In this document: piece by piece, positions 58,897 to 64,000 of the stretch
Layout: each line of letters opens with the position of its first letter
Numbering within the stretch: position 1 is the first letter of the stretch
Source: a virus
Reading direction: 5' to 3' (one strand)
DNA length: 64,000 nt
IMG/VR virus record: IMGVR_UViG_3300045738_001212
Coordinates: 32,001 to 96,000 of that record
Translations under genes and position numbers: made by a program
Notes under the pieces: model-generated
Seen by the model: only the letters and a program-made list of their open reading frames with translations
What the model was told of the DNA's origin: nothing
Database searches by the model: none

Positions 58897-59569
58897 CTTG
58901 TTTAGGCGTGATTCTAGAGTCGGGGTTTAGGTCTATCACTTTTCCGTCTTCAGCAAGATGCCGCCAGAAGGTGAGTTCTGTCTTTGGTCTGTGATTTCTC
59001 CCAAGAGTTTGCCTGTCTCCCAGATGATGCTTGTCGTTACTTTCTAAGTCCCACCAATCAAAACCAAGTAAAGTTATTTGATCACATTCTGGCGGCGGAA
59101 CGTCTTGGGTGTAACGTTCTCTGGGGCGATATTTTTTATCGAGACTTTGACTTGTGAACCACCAAGCTGCTATGGCTCCTGTTGACCAAGCTAAGTAATC
59201 TACATGGTGATCTAGTCGTTTTGGTTGTCCGGCCTTCATCCTCATGTAGTTGTCCATGTCGTAGACCATTTGCCTCTTTGTTTTGTACAGCAAATCCACC
59301 GACTCATGCCCCTTGAATTTCTTGTAGGTTTTGTCTGCCCGTGGGTTCCACTCCCAAGAGTGTTCGTAAATTGCGTCATACTTTTCCCGCATCCTTACGG
59401 CATCAAAAACGGTAGTAAACCAAATATTTGTTTTGGCCCCCACCTGTTTTTCAAACCCCTTAATGTGGTACCAATTGAAACGAACAACGATATCAAAAGA
59501 GTCTACTACCCCTCCAAACTCGTGATCCATGACGGACGGGCCATTTCCAACTAGAATAAGACTGCTCAT
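58889..59569 (-). CDS. GT29 sialyltransferase-like glycosyltransferase
   Basis: LVGNGPS...DSFDIVVRFN...VGAKT sialylmotif-L-like; STG; LLGFD. Confidence 0.65.
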   Translation of the reverse strand: MSSLILVGNGPSVMDHEFGGVVDSFDIVVRFNWYHIKGFEKQVGAKTNIWFTTVFDAVRMREKYDAIYEHSWEWNPRADKTYKKFKGHESVDLLYKTKRQMVYDMDNYMRMKAGQPKRLDHHVDYLAWSTGAIAAWWFTSQSLDKKYRPRERYTQDVPPPECDQITLLGFDWWDLESNDKHHLGDRQTLGRNHRPKTELTFWRHLAEDGKVIDLNPDSRITPKQDE

Positions 59570-59577
59570 GTTAGCCT

Positions 59578-60144
59578 CTACATTAACCAACGCTCTATCT
59601 TCCACGTTAGTTTTATCCCCCATCCAAGTATCCACCGCGAACAAAACGTCGCTCTTCTAACGCACAGAACGTAAAGAAAGTGCACCTTGTACCACCACTT
59701 GTCTTGTTTTTCGGTTTCTTCTTTAACAAATTCGAGAAGCTTTTTCTGAGCGTTTAACCTGCTAGAGTTATCTTCCTTATCGCACTCCATTAGACGCACC
59801 TCTTTGACTTCCCCCTTCCAAAATAAAATCTTATACTGAACCCAGTAGTCGTATTTTTTTGCAAGATGAACGGCTCCGAATGTCATTTCTCCTGAATAGT
59901 CCTGTTTTTCAAGTTCTCTTGATTTTTCTTTTATTTCTGGGCCGTATTTCCCGGCGACAACTTCTTTTTCTATCTTCCATAGGTAAACTTGTCCATCGTC
60001 TGTTATCTCATATTCGTCCAAGGAAGCGGGAGGCATAGAGAAGGTCTGGAATTCTATCTTCTCGGGTTTAAAGGTCTTGCTGCCCTTGAGCTCGTCTGGC
60101 ACGGGCAGGGGGTATTCGCATTTTACATAATCAAACAACATCAT
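59578..60144 (-). CDS. conserved phage protein (MxxFD...FQT family)
   Basis: paralogue of 30521-31144. Confidence 0.65.
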   Translation of the reverse strand: MMLFDYVKCEYPLPVPDELKGSKTFKPEKIEFQTFSMPPASLDEYEITDDGQVYLWKIEKEVVAGKYGPEIKEKSRELEKQDYSGEMTFGAVHLAKKYDYWVQYKILFWKGEVKEVRLMECDKEDNSSRLNAQKKLLEFVKEETEKQDKWWYKVHFLYVLCVRRATFCSRWILGWGIKLTWKIERWLM

Positions 60145-61631
60145 GTCGATATCTCCTCGGCGTCAACAATCGCTTGATCTAGGGGTACACGACAGGTGTT
60201 GTCGGATTTTTTCCACTCATGCTTTTCTCTCCAAGGCTCTCCCTCATCAATACACTTAATGATACGATATATCGTGTCACATGACTCTATGCCAAACCAA
60301 TTACCTTCTCCGTGTACATTTTCATCCCAAATAACCTCCCCCCCATAACTTACCACAACTCTGTTCTCTGAAGTTTCTATCCCTATCTTGCGTTGAGCAA
60401 CCCAAATAAGTATGGAGATGTCCTGCTTCAAAGCTCTAGACATAAACTCTAACTCTTTGACTAGACCTACGGTGATCATTCTTCGTCAACAATCTCCTTT
60501 AACAACTTCAGGTGATGGAGTATCCAACTGTCTCCAACCCTATCCTCTGCCTTGGAATTAAGCTTTGCTCTTGCCTCCATTATCTCTTCGTGTTCGATCA
60601 TTTGATCGAGTAGTTTGTAGAACTCTGGTTTCATGATTCTTCAACAACGAAATCTTCGTTATGCTCTCCCTTAAGAATCTTAACATAGTCTTTGGCTTTC
60701 TTTCGTCCTTCTTTGGTTAGGGGGAACGCTCCGTATCTGTGTCTTCTTTTCTTTGAGAGAACCAGATAGCACCTCTTTGAGGACTTTCTTTTAGCGGGCT
60801 TCTTCATTATTTTTCATGTATTTTACAATATTGTTTTCTTCAATCTGAAGTTTTCGCAAAATCTGCCATATTTCCTTCCTCTTTTCCTCTGTTTCTGGCG
60901 AGTCTTCTGGCAGCTTCTCTATTTCTTCGATCCTTTTATCGAGTTTTTTTTCCCACCAGTTAACACTGCTCTCAAGCATCGAGTGTTGAAATAAGGCTTC
61001 TCTTAATTTTTTCTTTTGGGAATCAGTCATATTAAAAGTTCATCACTATTTCTTCGTCTCCCAAGTCAAGCTTGACTAGGATTTTCTTAGCTTGGAGTTC
61101 CTCCTTCATCTTACGCGCTATATTATACAAGCACTCATGACAAACCCTAACTTTCGGGTTGTTTTTGTCGAAAAAGTAACTGATCTTGCGGTTATCAAAT
61201 AGAATCCTGTACTCTCTCAGGCTATAGGTTATCCCGCATTCAGAACAAACGAACTTTCTCTTACGAGTTTCGTGGGGCTGGATCAATCCAAGCTCTACTA
61301 TGGGAATCTTCTTTGCCATTTGCCTACTATATTTTAATTTTAAATTAATAAAAATCAACTAAATTTAATTTTCCGAGATGATTTCCAAGATAATTTGCTC
61401 CTGATTTTTCAAAAACCCCTCTGTATGGAGGTATTTTATGATCAAAATAGCTTCAGGCTTGGACAGGTCACCTGCCACATCGTAAATTTTCACCCTATCC
61501 TCAAGGACATCAACACTTAAGCCGTTAACAACTATTTGTTTCACATGGATAATTACACTTGACTTTCCGCAAGGTCTTGACATAATTCTCGAATCCTGAC
61601 TTTCAGTCGGGGTTTTAATAAGAAAACATAT

Positions 61632-61823
61632 ATGAAAACACTAATAGCTATAGCAACAATCGCGCTCCTCGGAGCGGGTTGTACAAGTACCGTAACCCTT
61701 GGACCAGAGGCTAACGCAGATGGAATCATTGGAGCTTCGGCTAACGAATCAGGAGCAAGCCTAACCTTGCCACTCGTTAAGGCTGAACTCGGTACTACTA
61801 CCACGACCACTAAGAAAAAATAA
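61632..61823 (+). CDS. small lipoprotein
   Basis: signal peptide with GAGC lipobox; terminator follows. Confidence 0.65.
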   Translation: MKTLIAIATIALLGAGCTSTVTLGPEANADGIIGASANESGASLTLPLVKAELGTTTTTTKKK

Positions 61824-61855
61824 ATTAATTTAATTTAATTTTTCTAAAAGAACAC

Positions 61856-61884
61856 ACCCTCGCCTTTTCGGGCGGGGTTTTTTC
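61856..61884 (+). terminator. intrinsic terminator
   Basis: ccctcgcc-tttt-cgggcgggg followed by T-run. Confidence 0.65.
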
Positions 61885-61909
61885 GTTTTTAGGTGTAATT
61901 ACTTCTAAG

Positions 61910-62332
61910 ATGAAGAATGTCGTTCTAAAAATCAAAAATTTACTGCTCGGCTCACTAAGAACCCTCGAAAAACACCAAGTCACCGTATACGCATCAATTA
62001 TCTTAACGATTTTCTTTGTTTCGTTTTGGACCCTCCAAAAAGTTAATCACGCAAAAGAAATGGCTCAAATAAAAAAAGAAAATATTTCATTACGAGGAGC
62101 TCTAAGCGAGTCCGACAAAGCTATAGAAGATTCTTGGGAAGTGATTCAGCTTCAAGCCAAAACCTTACAAAAGTATGAAAACATCGTTGATAGAGCTCAA
62201 AACGCTCTGAATACTCAAGCTAGATTTATCAACGACCTAGTAGAATACCTAAAAAAAATCAAACACTGGCCGCCGAAAGAACCAAGACCAGAAAGTGACC
62301 CTAGCAAATGGATAACCTTTACAAAGGAATAA
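61910..62332 (+). CDS. membrane-anchored coiled-coil protein
   Basis: single N-terminal TM helix then heptad-rich region. Confidence 0.55.
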   Translation: MKNVVLKIKNLLLGSLRTLEKHQVTVYASIILTIFFVSFWTLQKVNHAKEMAQIKKENISLRGALSESDKAIEDSWEVIQLQAKTLQKYENIVDRAQNALNTQARFINDLVEYLKKIKHWPPKEPRPESDPSKWITFTKE

Positions 62333-62336
62333 AAAA

Positions 62337-63065
62337 ATGAGCGAAGAAAAAGACCACAGATCAAAAAAAGAAATCGCCGCTGATATTCTTCTCAAAGAGG
62401 CCGAGGCAGCACTAAAGGTGGCCGAGGCAACCAAGGTGAACGCGGAAGCAAAAAAAGCCCAGTTCCACGCCCACGAAGCCGAACTCAAGTATCACGAGAC
62501 ACGACTAAAGTATGACCGCGATCAAGCGGTAGACGAAAGAAACTTCCTTTACAGATTCGACGGTGGCGTCGATGCAAGCTCCGTGAAAGCGTGTATGAAA
62601 AAGCTCACAGAATGGTCAAGGCTAAATTCGAAATGCGACATCGAAATTGTTTTCTCCTCCCCCGGAGGAAATATTATTGATGGGTTTGAATTATTTGATT
62701 TTATCCAAGAGTTAAGAGCTAAGGGGCACCACATAACAACAGGTTCCTTGGGCTATGCGGCGTCAATGGCTGGAATTCTATTGATGGCTGGAGACACTCG
62801 TTGGATCGGACATCAAAGTTGGATGATGATTCACCGAGCAGCCTTCGGAGCTTATGGAAAAACGTTTGAAATCGAAGACGAAGTTAAGTTCGTCAGAAGA
62901 ATTGAATCCAGAATCGTAAACATCTTTGCCCTAAGATCAAAGCTGACGAAACAAAAGATCAAGAGAAACTGGGATAGGAAAGACTGGTGGATTTCGGCAG
63001 ATGAATGTCTAGAACTCAGCCTAGTTGATGAAATCAGAGGGATGATGCCTGAGTATAAGAAGTAA
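62337..63065 (+). CDS. clpP: ClpP-like serine protease
   Basis: SSPGG, YAASMA (Ser), MIHR (His), DWWISADE. Confidence 0.85.
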   Translation: MSEEKDHRSKKEIAADILLKEAEAALKVAEATKVNAEAKKAQFHAHEAELKYHETRLKYDRDQAVDERNFLYRFDGGVDASSVKACMKKLTEWSRLNSKCDIEIVFSSPGGNIIDGFELFDFIQELRAKGHHITTGSLGYAASMAGILLMAGDTRWIGHQSWMMIHRAAFGAYGKTFEIEDEVKFVRRIESRIVNIFALRSKLTKQKIKRNWDRKDWWISADECLELSLVDEIRGMMPEYKK

Positions 63066-63066
63066 G

Positions 63067-63420
63067 TTACTTCTTCTTTTTCTTTAGCCACGGTGGGAGA
63101 TTATTTCCGCCTTCCTTCTCCTCTCCCTTCTTGTCTCCCTTCTTGTCCCCTTTCTTGTCCCCTTTCTTGTCTCCCTTTTTCTTGAAGGGGTTTTCTTTGT
63201 TCTTCTTCGCGCTATCCTCTACAATTTTAACGCACTTCGTTTTGTCTTCGTTTACCTCGTAGCCCGAATTACATTTAGGTGGATAGCCCGCTTTCTGTTC
63301 AGCCCTAAGCTCCTCGATGGCCATTCGGACGCCCTCAACGTCCTCGGTAAAATCAATTTCCAAAGTGCCGCGTTCGTCCACTTTTTTTAACCAAGTCTTT
63401 TTGTTTTTATAGTCCCACAT
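63067..63420 (-). CDS. Lys-rich hypothetical protein
   Basis: KKGD x4 (12-bp repeats), NLPPWLKK. Confidence 0.55.
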   Translation of the reverse strand: MWDYKNKKTWLKKVDERGTLEIDFTEDVEGVRMAIEELRAEQKAGYPPKCNSGYEVNEDKTKCVKIVEDSAKKNKENPFKKKGDKKGDKKGDKKGDKKGEEKEGGNNLPPWLKKKKK

Positions 63421-63698
63421 AATATTTTATACACAAAATTACCCACTTAGGGAAGAGAAGGGCACGGTACATAGAACTGGGTATGCACCGCACCCTCCTC
63501 GTTTACTCGCCTACATGTCTTATTTCGGGCCTGTTTATTGGCCTGAATCTTTAGAACAAGAACACCCACAATCAGCCACCGAACAAGCACCAGACTCACA
63601 ACAATTTGCTGCGTCACAGTTACAGTTGGAACAACCAGAGCTTCCCCAGTTACAACCAATAGCCAATGCCATTACGAATAAAACTAAAATCTTTTTCA

Positions 63699-64000
63699 TT
63701 ATCTTTTATCCTGAATGATTATTACTTTAGGATAAATTACGCGCAACATGAATGGAAACATCTTCTTCACGGCTTCCTCCTCTGCGTCTTTGACCTCTTT
63801 TTTCTCTTTCGGCGTGTTTTCGACGGGCATTTTCTCTAATTCATCTTCGCTAGGCATTTCCACTGAACCGTCTAAGGCCCACATAATTTTGTGCTCCTGA
63901 CAATACCCAACCATGCGGCGTATAGGTACGATTAAATTAAACCCTTCTCCCGCTCCTCTCACCAACATCCCCACGTATTTTGCATTTTCATCACGCTTTA
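63699..64000 (-). CDS. C-terminal part of possible trypsin-like protease (truncated by window edge)
   Basis: frame open to edge; YVGMLVRG...FNLIVPI resembles trypsin-like C-terminal strands. Confidence 0.4.
   Translation of the reverse strand, partial: KRDENAKYVGMLVRGAGEGFNLIVPIRRMVGYCQEHKIMWALDGSVEMPSEDELEKMPVENTPKEKKEVKDAEEEAVKKMFPFMLRVIYPKVIIIQDKR

Overview
This is a segment of a large (jumbo-type) dsDNA phage genome: dense, mostly minus-strand small ORFs, rIIA/rIIB-like genes, and no structural or rRNA genes. The ferredoxin resembles Verrucomicrobia/Planctomycete homologues, a weak host hint. Bases 1-22 kb look like an early/host-takeover region of short genes, each with its own sigma70 promoter placed directly on the start codon (leaderless). 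Bases 22-64 kb carry auxiliary metabolic and regulatory genes: GuaC, ThyX, aldehyde and saccharopine dehydrogenases, SpeD-like, SET domain, ExbB-like, signal peptidase, ClpP, two sigma factors and a tmRNA with a 31-aa tag. The standout is an apparently catalytically intact 492-aa TnpB/Cas12f-like nuclease (49130-50608) with no transposase and no cas1/cas2 in the window. It has a structured upstream leader carrying anti-repeat segments and a downstream 17-repeat array. The repeats are reduced to a degenerate 13-nt core (minus strand GAGGATT[A/G]NRACA) with ~17-20 nt unique spacers. The same repeat forms six more mini-arrays over ~38 kb (~45 copies, all one orientation), one with its own promoter and one directly behind the tmRNA. 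This looks like a phage-borne, minimised, dispersed CRISPR-like RNA-guided system at the TnpB-to-Cas12 boundary. All annotations come from manual motif recognition; no searches were run.
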